64,000 nucleotides of DNA, taken from positions 186,001-250,000 of the forward strand of contig MCFH01000024.1 in the NCBI GenBank assembly GCA_002104945.1, in the 5' to 3' direction. A program made the translations under genes and the position numbers. A model generated the notes under the pieces. It was not told the origin of the DNA, ran no database searches, and saw only the letters and a list, made by a program, of their open reading frames with translations. This stretch comes from Piromyces finnis finn. Lineage: Eukaryota > Fungi > Neocallimastigomycota. Positions 11,439 to 25,544 of the stretch are shown here, piece after piece. Every line of letters begins with the position of its first letter. The first letter of the stretch is position 1.

Positions 11439-13328
11439 ATGGATCTTTCTATTCATCATAGTAGAACTCTTCTTTATACTAAACCAATTAAAAATGAACC
11501 AGTCAAATTAAGAGAAGTTAAAATACTTCATGGACGTTGGTTACATATTATTATTAGTGTTTTAAATATTGCTTTTGAAAAAGAAGTTGGTGCCAGACTT
11601 TTATATAGAAATTTAAGTGGTAAGGGCATTATGGCCCATCTTAAAGCTTCCTATGTTAAATCTGAAAAGAATAATGAAGGTAAAAAAAATATTAATAACA
11701 TCTATTTGAGAATATAATACAAAATTATTTATAAAGTAATATCAATCAATGTTTAATGTATCATAAATGTGACTATAAAAAATTAAATTGATGATTTTTT
11801 AAATAATATAATACTATAAAAAAGTCAAACCTATTAAAGTGTTTAAAGAAATAATTATTAAATAGACATTTAAAACAACATTATTCATATGTTGAATATT
11901 TTTATTATTTATTCTAAATAATAATTTATATAACAATATAATGGTTTTTTATTTTATAAATTGATAATATTTATTAAGAGTGAATTAATGAATAGATCCA
12001 TAAAAATTTTCAATTAATTAGTATAATAATATAACAAGTTCTTAAATAAATAAATACCATAAATATTATTATGAAAAAAAAACATAATGAAAAAAAACTA
12101 TTTAAAACAACAACATTATCAAAAAAGAATTAAAATCAATAATTATAAATTCTATAAATATATTTATTAATATACTTTTTTTTTTTTTAACAATTTTTTT
12201 TCTTTATCTCTTCAATATCATTTTTACTAAATAAAAATTATAATTATGGGGATTTTATTACAAAAATATAAATATATACCCTATATTATTACAATATGAA
12301 ATAATTAATACATACTAGGTCAACCAGATATTGATATTTTTGAAGTTAAATATGATATGACTAAGAATAGATCCAACAGAGCTCCATGGTCACCAATTGT
12401 AAATTTAGTTCCATATTATAGAGTTAAAGGAGAATACTATGAAGATAATCCAAATGGTATCTATTATAGTTTAATATTTTAATTTAACTTATTAAAAGCA
12501 AAAAAAAAATATATATAATAAATTATATTTTATATGTATACTAATTTAAAATGGTGATGATTAAATAATTTTATTTAAATAGATAGAAATGAAACCTATA
12601 GGGTTGCTGAAGATAGTATAGTACGTGTTATTTGTAAAAAAGGATATGTATTTAAATCACCAATTGTTTCTAAATTCGAAAGTGATTTAGCATGGGAAAT
12701 TTTTGAAAAGGAAGCTGGTATAGATAAGGCTAATGAAGCCAAAATGAATTTAATGACTAATAATTCTGAAACTAATGATTTCATTTCCAAAGACAATAAA
12801 GTTTTCTGGGAAGTTAATTTCAAGGAAGCTCTTTTCAGTTGCAGTGGTAATTCAAGTAAGAAAGCATGGAAATATTTCTGTCATAAAACTTCATGTGTTC
12901 CAGATTCCACAACAGAAGGTAGTAAAAGAAATAATTCCGGTACATTAGATGATTATGATTATTGTGAAGAAGTTAAAGGATGGAAGTCTAGAGTAGCTAA
13001 AAATTCTACATCTCAAAATAAGGATTCATGGAAGATTCCAGGATGTGAAGAATTCTATAAACAAGAATTATTCCAAAATCCATTTGCTTTCGTTGATCAA
13101 AAAGAAGTTAGTAGTGATGATGATGAAGTAGAAGAAGAAAAAGTTACTAGACCAAAGACCAAAAGAAATACTAATACTGAAAAGAAATCCAACAAAAGTA
13201 AGAATACTACTGTTGTTTCTAATAAGAAGTTAAATAAATCTAAAGTTACAGATGAAACTACCGCAAAGATGAATCCAAAAACTATTGGTAATAAAGCCAA
13301 TAATAAAGCGGCTAAAATTATGAATTAA
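11439..13328 (+). CDS. Three-exon protein with N-terminal CBM21-like carbohydrate-binding module, uncharacterised Cys/Trp-rich middle domain and basic tail
   Basis: Exons 11439-11679, 12319-12456 and 12583-13328 splice in frame. 'ISVLNIAFEKEVGARL' and 'YYRVKGEYYEDNPN' resemble the CBM21 motifs 'VxNxAFEKxVxVR' and 'YxVxGxxYWDNN'. Confidence 0.6.
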
Positions 13329-16300
13329 TTCTTTTTTTTTTTTTTTATAGAACAAAGAAAGAAAGAGAAGAAAAAAAAAAGACTATGAAAAAAGGGAATA
13401 ATCGTCATCTTTATGTCTTTATAAAAAATTTTTTTTTTCAATTTTTTTTTAATTCATATTATAATTATTCATTTATATATATATATATTAGTAATTATAA
13501 TTTAGTTTTTTTTTATTATTATAATTAGTAAAATAAGTAAATTTAATTAAACGTTTATTTCATGATATATAATTATTATTGTTTTATTATTGATTCAAAT
13601 TATCAAAATAAAAAAAAATATATATATATAAAAATGTAAATTTCCAATTACTATATTAAAGTTATTAAAAAAAAAAATAAAAATGTATAAATAATAAATA
13701 AATATTTATCTATATAGGCATTATAAATGTTTTTTTTTTATAGTTATAAATGTTAAATGTTGAAAGTATTCTTTTTGGCTAATTTTTTATGAAATTTTCA
13801 TTTTTTTTATAATACTTAAATCATCCATTTTTGATGATGTTTTTTTTTGAGTTTTAAATTGTTTGTTTGTTGTAAAATAAACATTTACTTTACTTTTTAT
13901 TTCCAGTGTGTAACACTAAAATCATGATTTTTTTAAGGTTACACATTTTTTTATTATTTTCACACGTTTTTTTTTGTAGGTAAAAGAATAATAAATGTTT
14001 ATATCCTTTTTTTTCTTATTTCAGTATAATTAAATAATAAATAAATAAAAAAAATAATGATTATTGGAAATATGAATGTAATAGGAAAAACAACAACAAC
14101 AACAACAACAACAACATTCTTTATAATTAATTTTATAAATTATCTAGTAAATTTATTTTTTTTTGTTGTGTTAAACATTTCATTTCATGGTGTTAATAAT
14201 TGCATACATTATGTATACATAACAAATGTATTTGTACATATCCTATGTTTTAGTAAAAAGTCCAAGATTATTATTATTATCATAGAAAAATAAGGATTAA
14301 ATAATTAAATAAAGATGTGTAATAAATATAATCGTTAGTTTTATTTATTTATTTCAATTACTGCTTTTTTTTTATTTTATTTTCCTATGTATGATCTTTC
14401 TTTTAGAAGATACTTTTTTTATCTATGATACATGAAAATGTTTTGGAAATATAACCATTATCCACTTTGTAAATTTTTTTTCTCTCACTGTCTTTTAGTT
14501 TCTATTAAATTATAAGTTTAATAAATATTAATAGAAATAAAAGTCTTTTTATTTTTATTGTTATTGATTACATATATAGATTGAATAAGGTTCCTTTATT
14601 ATTCATAGTAATAATAAAAAGTTGAGTATTTGCTGTTTGTTTGCTGTTACTCTCTTCAATATCTCTTTTATTAATAACAAAATTTTATTTTTTTTTGGTA
14701 GAATTTTAGCCAATAAGTAATTGTTTCATTTATGATGTGTGTAACCTTTAAAATTCAATTAATATTTGTTTATAAACAAAAACAAAACATGTTTTTTTTA
14801 TATTATACAAAAGATTCATTTTTCTTTTTTTATTAAATAATCCACTCATCATTTTTTTTATAAAAAATATATATATATAGAGTATCATTAGCTATCTATT
14901 ATTTATTCAGTATTATGAATGATCTTTTTTTCTTTTATTGTACTTCTATTTTAACTTTGTGCGAACCATTTTATATATTTTTACTTGCCGCATCTAATTT
15001 AATCAATTACATTATTATACTCTAATGTATTGAAATGTATACAATGAAAAGAGGACCATTCATATGAAACTACAAATAATAATTTTTATATAAGGCATAA
15101 TTCGATAGAATTATATTAATAATATATAATTCAATGTACAATTTAAATTAAGGATTTTTTTTTTTTGAATATTATAAGCTAAGCCAAAGAGTAATAATAC
15201 TCTATTAATGAAATTTTATTATACAAAAAGAGGTAGATGTAGTGGATAATAAAGTTTATTTTTTAAAAAAAGAAAAAGGTCGAAATAATTAATACTTTTT
15301 TGTTTTAACGAGGTAGAGACCAACAACTTTTTCATCTTTTATTTTTTTTATTATGGTGTAACCTTTAAAAAAATCCACTTTTTCATCCATTACATTACAT
15401 GAATATATTATCACCATTTATGTAATGTAATGTAATAGGAAAGGAGGATTGTTTTTTTTGGAATGATAAGGTTTTTTGAAGTTCCATACTGAATTTAATT
15501 ATTCTTTATTTAATATTATATATTATAGTATATTCTAATATATTTATAATTTAAATTTCTACCATTATAATCTATTTTTTTTATCATTACACAAAAAAAA
15601 ATTTTTTAAATTAATATAATCCATCAGACAATTGAAATTAAATTGACTGTTCCATATATTATTCAAAGTCTAATTCATAATAATTAATATATTCATTATA
15701 TATTAAAACTTGTGTAATTTTTTTTGAAAAAGTTCATGTAAACTATAAATTTTCATTTAATATATTAAATTATATTCTAATAAATGAATTAGCCATATAT
15801 TAATATTCAATGATAGAAAAAAAAGAAACAACACATTACCCACTTGCAAAAAAAAAAAATCATCATCATTTATCTTTAATAATAATTATATAATAAATTT
15901 TGTGTAGTTTTATAGTGTTAAAAAAAAAAAGAAAAAAAGAAAAATTATCTATTCTTTTTGCCTTTTTTTTTTTTCTTAAACTTTGGTTAATTATTCTTTT
16001 TTCTTTTTTTATATTTTCTTTTTCGGATCGAGGGAAGAAAGAAAGAAAGAAAGAAAGAAAAAACGTTGTAAATCATATAGTATAATACTATATATATACT
16101 TTAAAAAAGAAAGAAATAAATAATAGAAAAGATAATTAACTAATTATTCATAAACAATAACAAATTAACAAATTATCAACAGTTACATTTCAAACCTTAA
16201 AAAACATTAATTAAAATATTTTATGAATAAAGAAAGAAAAAAAAAGTTATTATAAATACTAATAATTTAATATTATATTTTGTTTCAATACTTTCATAAA

Positions 16301-16767
16301 AAAAGAAAAACTATACGTAATATGATTGTCAAAAGGATACAACTAAAATTATCCTATCCTATGTCAATTTGTTAATAAAAATTTTTTTTAATTATAAGCA
16401 TTTTCTTGTCAATATTGTAAAAAAAACATTTAGAATATCCTATCTTTCATACTTTATTATACAACATCATATATTAATTATCTCCATAATTAAAATCATT
16501 TATTAAAATCTTTACAAACTTTTAAAATCAAAAGGAAAAAAAAAAGATATTATTAATCCATTCTCTTTCCCCCCATTTTTTTAATTGATAATACCAATAA
16601 TACCAAATTAATTATTTAATAAATTATATATCGTGCTGTAAATATTTATTATTTTGACATTTATAATATTTTTTTGTAATACTATAATATATTTAATAGT
16701 TAAATTGAATAAAAAAAATTAAATTAAATATATATTTGTATTAATTATTTAATAGTTATTAATAATA

Positions 16768-19700
16768 ATGGTTACTGAAATTTGTAATCCTCAAGATTCA
16801 ACAGTTGTTGATAAGAATTCAACAGAAGTAACTTCTTTTTCAAATTATTCAAGGTACTTATACCAAATAATGATTAATTGTTAATAATGTTTATAGGTTA
16901 ATAAAAGATTCAAATGTTATTTTTTTTTATAAATAGTCCACAAACAGATAATCAAGTACCTGGAGAGGAACAAAAGAATGATGAAGAAGGTTAGTTTATT
17001 CTTATTATCTTTTGAGAATTTAATATATTGACTTTGTTAAATCAATTGATGTTAATAATATAAATAAATTAATTTTTAAATCAATTGATGTTAATAATAT
17101 AAATAAATTAATTTTTAAATTAATTGATGCTAATAATATAAATAAATTAATTTTTAAATCAATTGATGCTAATAATATAAATAAATTATTTTAATAATAT
17201 ATTTAAACAAACAAACAAATTGAAAAAATAGTATATGAATGCAAAGTAAATGCAATTCAACCGGAGACTCGTATGTCTGATATAGTCTCAGATGAAGAAT
17301 TTAAAGAAGAGGTTGCTAAATATAGTGGACCTCCTTTTTCTGGTACTATACAAGTTTTACCAATATTCAATCTAGATAAGAGCAAAAGGTATAGATTATA
17401 GTATTAATATTTATTAAAAATAGTAAATAATATATTATATATATTAATGTAATACCTATATTTTTATACATAAATTATGATATGTTATGCAATGCTAAAA
17501 AAAATCATTTATAAAAAATAAATGGAAATTTAATAAAAAAAATATAGTTTTAAAATTGATTTACAGGCCAAGGTGGATAGAGGTTTTTTTTTAAATGAAG
17601 GAATATGGATTTGTTATCGTAGAAACTATTTTCAGGTTAAAACATTTTTCAATTTAATAGAACATAGAAAAAATATACCGGAGAGAAATGAACTACCACA
17701 TTCAATAAATAATATATATGTTGAATTGCCTGATCGAGGAATAAGTAAGGTCATTAATTTTTATGTTGGAATAGAAGCAATTATTACCAGATGTAATGGA
17801 AAAGTTGAAATTGTTCAACATACCGCAAAACGTGATAAAGCTTCACAAAAATCACCAGGATTGAGATTAATTTATCCAGGAGGAGATTTATCATCCTATA
17901 ATCATTCTTTAGAACAAAATACCATTGTATTATATGAACGTCTTCAATTTAGAAAAGCTACTAGTAATAATGGTAAACGTGCCACCTCACAACAATTCTA
18001 TTCAGTTGTTGTTAAACTTTATGGTCAGTTAGTAGATGGGGAAAACATTCCTATTGCTTATATTGAATCTTCTCCTATTGTCGTTCGTGGTAGAAGTCCT
18101 GGTCATTACGCTCAACAAACGAATTCACTTAATCGTTTTAAAATTTTAACTCCTAATAGAGCTCAAAAGCGTAGTAAGAAAACAAATTTTGATATAACAC
18201 CATCTTCTTCAACAAACTCTTCTCCAATATCTCAAATGCAACCTAAATATCAAAATATTAGTCCAGCACCATCCGTTCAAAATCCAGCTTATTATAACGG
18301 AAATATTAATTATAATCAAAACCAAGGTGTATATGATTCTTCTAATTCCAGACAAGATGAAATTAATTCAAATTCCGGTTACTTTTCCGAAAATAATAAT
18401 ATCATAAATGGTAATCCTCAACAACCAATATCCCCAATTTCACCAATGAATTATCATAGTAATTCTTCTTCTGTTCAAAATTCTCCAACTAATCCAACAA
18501 ATTTCACCTATAATAGTAATTCTAAACAAATCTATAATGCCTCCACTCCAAATTATTCTAATAGTGTCACTCATTATGATTCCAAGCAACAACCTTCCTC
18601 CTATGAATATTCCTATCCTAATAACAACAGAGAAATAAATCGAAATAATAACTATAATGGTAATAATTATCAAAATGGTAATTATAATAATAATTATAAT
18701 GGTCAATTTAATTATGAAGACAATAGAGGAATGACAACTAATAAGAATCAAAATGGTTTTCAAATAAATCCAATTCAAAATCAAAATAATGCGGGTTCAA
18801 CCTTTTATAATTCTCAAAATCAAAATCAAGGGGATTCTTATTCCTTAGGTCAACCACTCTATAATGGTCAACCTGGTTCAATTAATCAAACTAATCAAAC
18901 AGGATCTACAGTTTCTATTTTTAATAATAATGTTAATGTAGATCAACAAGGGAATTATAACGCCTATTCTTCAAATCAATACCAAAATTCACTTACCTCA
19001 TTATCTTCAATGCAACCTACTCAACCACAAGCTTATCAAATTCAATCTCCATATCAACAACCAACAAATTCTACTCAACAATTTTCACAAGCAAATATTA
19101 ATAATGGTAAGAAAAATACCCTTATGGCCTTTTTTTTTTTTTTTTTAAAAAAAAGTCTAATTAAATAATAAACCTTTTTAAAGGGATAGCATAGAAATAC
19201 TTTTTTTTTTATCCTATTTTCATTTAAATTTATAAAAAATATAAAGCATCTAATACATGTTAATGTAAACTTTTATTATTTTATTATATTTAAAATTTTT
19301 ATTTATTTAGAAATTCAACAATCCTATAAACCAATTCAAAATCAAGCCTACAATAATAATAACTATTCATTTTCTAATGGAAATCAAAGTAGTAATACTT
19401 ATTCTTCAAATGCAAATAATACAAGTGATAGCTATTATTATGCTAATCAAGCCTCCCAACAATCTAATCAAAGAAACAATACGCAACAAACCTACTCTTA
19501 CAACTATACTAATAATGGTATGAATATTACTTATCAAAATCGTGGTCAAACTCAAACCTCTGCTCAAAATTCCTCTCAAAATCAAAATACCATCATTTAT
19601 CAACAAGCTCAACCTCAACAAGTACAAGGATCTAATCAAGGAACTTCCATTGTTTATTCTCAACAACAAAATGGTCAAAATAATACAGCAGCAATCTTTT

Positions 19701-21076
19701 ACCAACAACAACAAAATAGTCCAGTTATGGTATATCGCCAAAACTCTACACAGCAACAAATGCAATCTTCCTTATATTCTAAACAATCTCAACCACAACA
19801 AACTGGTAATGTAGTCTATTCACCAAATGGTATTATTATTAGACAACAACAAGGAAATACAGTCGTTTATCAACAACAAACACCATTACCAACGTCAAAT
19901 ACCACTCCTCTCTATTCTAAACCTTCCACTACTCAACCATCCGTTCAATCACAACAACCTCAAACACAACAACCATCATCTACTTATAATCCTCAATTAA
20001 CTTCTCAATATTCATCTGTTCCACAAAATACCACATCTCAAATTACATCATCTATTCAAACTGTACCATTATCTCAAAAGGCTCCAATCAATCCAGCAAT
20101 ACAATCTACTCAAGTAAAGGTTGAATCTCAAACTGAACCATTATCTCAAACCTCATATAATTCAACAAAACCTTTAGTTAAATCTGAATCCCAAGAAAAA
20201 GACGATTCAACAAGTCCACAAGAACATAAAAATCCACCACTTTTTGCTAAATCGTTATATGAAACTGCTCTTAACAATATTAAAGCAGAAAATGTTGAAG
20301 AAGAGGGGGTTAATGAAATAAAGGATGATAAAGTAGAGCACGATGAAAAGGACAATGTTGAAAAGGAAGATGTTGAAGTGAAAAATGAAAAAATAAATGA
20401 TCAAGAGAATACTGCTGACTTGAGCGATACCAATAATAAATCAATGGAAAACATGAATACAGAAATATCTTCCAATAGTGTTGGAACAAAGGAAGAAAAA
20501 TCCGTTGAAAAACCAAGAGAAGGTAAATTGGTTGAAGAATCGAAACAAATTGAAGCGCCAAGTCAAGTCGATGAACCAAAGCAAGTTGAAGAATCAAAGC
20601 AAGTTGAAGCACCAAGTCAAGCTGATGAACAAATACAAGTTGATGAACCAAATGAAGAAACTACGGAAATAAAGCCAATTGAAAAAGAAAAGTCAATTAA
20701 GGAAGATAATAAGGTAATTGAAACAAACAGCTCTGTTGAAACACCTGTTCCAAAAGCAACTAATGATAATGACAATGGTGATGCCAATAAAGATCCAATG
20801 AATGAATTAAATCATGATACCAAAACTACTATTACTGATGTTACCATTTCTAATGAAGCGGCAGAGGAAACCGAACAACCAGATGAAAAGATAAATACTG
20901 CTACCCAAGCCTTATTAACCGATGAAGAAAAGGGTAAAACCGAAAAGGAAGAATCGTCCAAGGAAGCTTCTATTTCTTGTGAAAAGAGAAAATTCGATGA
21001 AAGCCAGGATAATGAGGATGAAGAAGATGAACAAGCCGAAAGTCATAAAAAGAGAAAGAGTTCAATTCATGAATAA
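16768..21076 (+). CDS. NDT80: NDT80/PhoG-family (p53-like fold) transcription factor with long N/Q-rich and acidic C-terminal region
   Basis: Short 5' exons from ATG 16768, then 'AKVDRGFF...WICYRRNYFQV', 'IVQHTAKRDK', 'YERLQFRKATSNNGKR...QQFYSVVVKL' and 'SSPIVVRGRSPGHY'. An intron at ~19108-19310 joins ORFs 17573..19168 and 19520..21076. Confidence 0.92.
17039..17192. repeat. 39-bp intronic tandem repeat, 4 copies
   Basis: aaatcaattgatgttaataatataaataaattaattttt is repeated with 39-bp periodicity inside an NDT80 intron. Confidence 0.9.
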
Positions 21077-22869
21077 ATTTAAAACTAATGCACCCACACC
21101 CACACCCACACCACTACCTCTTTACCTTGTCCAATAATAGATTTTTTTTTATTTTATAAAATTTTTAAACATTTCTTTTAATTTTTTATTTTTCTTTTTT
21201 TCATTTTTTTTTTTAAATATCTAACAACTTATCTAATTTCCAATAGAATAATTTTAATAATACTAATAATAATATTTAAATACTATTTTATTAATAATAA
21301 TCTTTATAATTTATATTTTTATTTTCTTTTCCAATTCTAATGAATAATTTAATTTTAATTTCTTTTTCAGATTTTAATTTTTAATTTTTTTTTTAAATGA
21401 ACATTTGCACACCCAAGGATAAAGTAGCAGCATTAAAATTATTAGAGAATGAAAAAAAAAAAAAAAAAAAAAAAAATTAAACTCATTCATGATTAAATTT
21501 AATTTATTATTTATTTATTATTATTATTATTATTATTTTTTTTTACTATTAACACTTTTTTTTATTCTTCATAATATTTTTTTTTCTCCTTCTTTTACTA
21601 CTAATTTATTTATTTAATGATATAAAGAACCCTTTTTTTTTTTTTTTACTAGAAAAAATTGTCATCATTTATTACAGAGTTGAAAAAAAAAAAAAAAAAA
21701 AAACATAATAAAAATTTTTGAATCTTTTATTATAACAAAAAAAAAAAAAGATTTTTTTTTTTTAATTATTTAAACACTATACATCAAAGGGATAATACAA
21801 AGTATATCTAATGTTATATTATTATTTTAATAATACTATTTTATTAAAAGTATTCAATTTTATAATTATTATCATTATTATTATTATTATTAATAAAATT
21901 TAGAAAGGAAAAATAAAATATTATTTATAGAATTAAGTATATTGAATATAGATAGATAGATATAAAATTGTATCCAAAAAAAAAAAAAAAGTTTTTATTT
22001 TATTGAAGGATATAAAAAAGATAAATTAGCAAAAACTTTAGTTTTTTTTTTTTTCCTTTTTCCTTTGTATATTGTCATTGAATAATTAAAGTTTTTTAAA
22101 TTTATTTTTTACATTTCTAATTCTATTTTATTTTATTTTATTTTTCTTCTTTTCATTGTCTTTTCATTTATTTATTTATATAAATAAATCTTAATCATTA
22201 GGAAAAAGTATTTTTCTAAAATCAATATACTTTTTTACAAAAGAAAAAAAAAAAAATTTAATACAAAGATAATTTAAAATAATAATAATAATAGTAATCT
22301 GTAATCTAAATGAATAATAATTATAATAATAAAATTCATTGTCTTTTTTTTTTTATATGTAAAAAAAGGAAAAATTATTAATTTTTTTTTTTTTAAAAAA
22401 AAAAAAACTATTTTATGTTAAATTATTATTTATTTATATTTTATTATATATATTTAGTTATTATAAATGCATATGAATGTTAAAAAAAAAGAAATTAAAA
22501 AAGAATAAAAAAAAAATATTATTATTAAAAGTTAACTAATTAATTATTCATATTGTTATGGTACTTATGTATGCTAATTTTTTTTTTTTTTTATGATAAT
22601 TAGTTTATTAAATATATTTCTTTGTGATGGTTATTTATTCGTTATAAATTTGAGAAAATTATTGAAATAAAGTATAATAAAATAATAATAAATATTTAAA
22701 TATATATTAATAATAATAATAAATGAAAAAAAAAAAAATAGGTTAAGAAACTAATAAGGAAAAAGTAAATAATAATATTAATAAAGTAAAAAGGAATATA
22801 AATAAAATAAAAAGGAATATATATATAAAAAGGAAATTTTTTAAGAAAAAAAAATTTTTTTTTTATGGA

Positions 22870-25544
22870 TTAATTTTCATCTTCTGATGCTGTTTGAACT
22901 TCAATGGCTGTTGATATTTTAGTTGGATTATCCGATTCAGATAGTGTACTTTCTACTTCAATTTCATCTTCATTTTCATCAAAGGTATCATCTGTTTCAA
23001 CATTTTCACTTTTTTTATCACTGTTACTTTTATCTTGTGAGGAGGAAATCTCTAGGACAGAAGAAGAATTCCCTTTTTTATGTTTATAATCTCCTTCTTC
23101 ACCACCACCACCTTCTTCTTCATCTTCTTCATCTTCTTCAATTTCATCCATTTCTTCATCCTCTTCTCCATCATGTGTTGTTTCTATTTCTTCTTGTGTA
23201 TTTTCTTGACTATCTTCAATCATTTCTTCGGTATCTTCAACATCTTCTTCTACTTCTTCTTTTGGTTTAGTTGGCTTACCTTCATCAATTAACATAGAAT
23301 TATTTTTTGATAGTTCTTCATCTTTTTCTTCTTTTCCTTTTTTTAATAATTCATTCTTTGCTGCTAATGTAGTTTTCTTTAATGAACGACCTGATGTTGT
23401 TTCAAACTTATTCATATATAGACATATATATATTTATATTTTTATTTAAATTTTATAAATAGAAATAAAAAAAAAAAAAAAATTCATTATAAATAATGAG
23501 TATAATTAGGATTATTGATCTCTAAATGTAAAAATATTTATTGAATCAATACTATTTCTTATTTTAAATTATTTATTATTAATTACCTTTTGCCATTTAT
23601 AATTTTTACATTTTTTAGCGTTTGGTAAATCTTGAATTAACTTTGCGATAGTAGAAGAAGTGAATCCAAAGTAATCTGGTCCAGAGGCACTATTACTATG
23701 ATCTTTATTTCTCATTTCATTGACAGCTAAAATGTTTTTTTTTTTTTTTTTTTTTTAAATATATATATTTATAATTTATTAAAATTTTATTTTTAAAAAT
23801 TGAATAAAATTGAAATGATTATATTAATTTTATGATACGTTATTAATGATTTAACTATAATGATTTTATTTTAAGTTAATATCTAACCTTTAACAATACT
23901 AATCCATGCTCCTGTAGGTGATGTCGCTGATGTTTTTTTATCGATAGCATCTTCTGGAGTAACTTCAAAAATAGGTGTATTTCCACCATCTTTAACAACA
24001 CATTTATAATTAACATAAATATCTGATTTTACCATACTGAAATAACGTCTATATTCATTATTGGATTAATTTATTTAATGAATAAATGATAAAAAAATTA
24101 AACATAATTATTAAATTTATTTAATATATATGTATTATGAATGTTTATCTATATCGATTGGTTTTATATTTATAGATTTATAATTTTATGAAAAATCTTT
24201 TTTATTATTACCTTGTCAGGGTATAACCAACAGGGAAAATATAACGTTCATTATGAAAACTATCACGATCATAAACTACAGTTCCTAGATTATGTAAGGT
24301 CATTACACCAAGACTAATAGGAAGAATAGCATTACCATTTTCATCTGTATCTACATGCTGAGCTCTTCTAATTGAATTACCACCACGCTTTCTCTTGGAA
24401 CGTCCTTTACGTTTTGATGAAGAAGAATACTCTGTTTGTTCATTTTTATTTTTATGATGATTTCTTTTTGATTCTACATAATAATAATTTATTATTTTAT
24501 TTTGTTTTGTTGATTTTTATTTTTATTATTGTTATTAATTTTAATATATATTTGACAAGAAAAGAAAAAAAAATAATTAATAAAATTTTACTAATAAATA
24601 AAATTTTAATTAATTTTATTTATTATTATATTATATTATATATAATATAATATAATATAATATATTTTATATTTTATTTTTATTTTTTCATTTTTTCATT
24701 TTTTTTTTATTTTTTCTGCTTTTAAAATAATAATAAAAAAGTACCATCTGATTCAACATCGGAACCATCTGATTTTTCTGAAATTTCTGATATTGATTCT
24801 GAATCTGATTCAAATTGTTGTATCTTTTCAATAAGAATACTTTAATAAAAAAATAATGTTAATCATTTTGTGAACATTGTTTTTTATTTTAAAATTTAAA
24901 ATATAAATTATATTATATATTTTGGTTAATTTCATTTATTATTTTTTTTTTTTAATAATTACTCTCTTTCATGTTTTAGATATCTTAGTCTTTTTTTATA
25001 ATGATCTATTTTTGTTTGAAGTTTCTCATTATTATATTTTAATTGATCATTTTCCTAAAAAAAAAAAAAAGCAAATATAGATAGAATAATAATATTAATA
25101 GTATTAGTAAACATTATATATTACATATATCTTTTTTTTTTTTTTTTTTTTTTTCCACTAAACCACTTTTAAAAATTAAAATAAGTAAATAATATTTTAT
25201 AATATTAAACTTTTTTAATATCATTTTAAAAATTAAGAAATTACATTATTAAACTATTTTAAAATTCAAAAACATTTCAAATGAAATATCAAAAAGTTTA
25301 ATACTCTAAATTTTACTGTAATTTTTAAAATTTAGAGTATTAAACTTTTAAAATAGATTTTTTTTTGAAATGGGTCAACCATTAATTTTTTTTTTTTTTT
25401 TTTTTTTTTCAAATTATATCATTATTAATGATAGATATATAAAATATTAAAACAGTATAGAATAATAATAATAAGACATACATTTAGAACTTTATTAAGA
25501 TTCTTCTTTAAACGTTTATACTTTTCTTCTGCTTTGGTATCCAT
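22870..25544 (-). CDS. TBRG1: TBRG1/NIAM-like protein (coiled coil + FYRN/FYRC domains, acidic tail), ~7 exons
   Basis: Starts MDTKAEEKYKRLKKNLNKVL/ENDQLK...ER. FYRN 'ILPISLGVMTLHNLGTVVYDRDSFHNERYIFPVGY', 'YKCVVKDGGNTPIFEVT', 'SPTGAW' and FYRC 'SGPDYFGFTSSTIAKLIQDLPNAKKCKNYKWQK' are followed by ORF 22870..23415. Confidence 0.82.
25292..25349. repeat. Perfect 24-bp inverted repeat with 10-nt loop in TBRG1 intron 1
   Basis: aaaagtttaatactctaaatttta (25292-25315) / taaaatttagagtattaaactttt (25326-25349). Confidence 0.9.
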
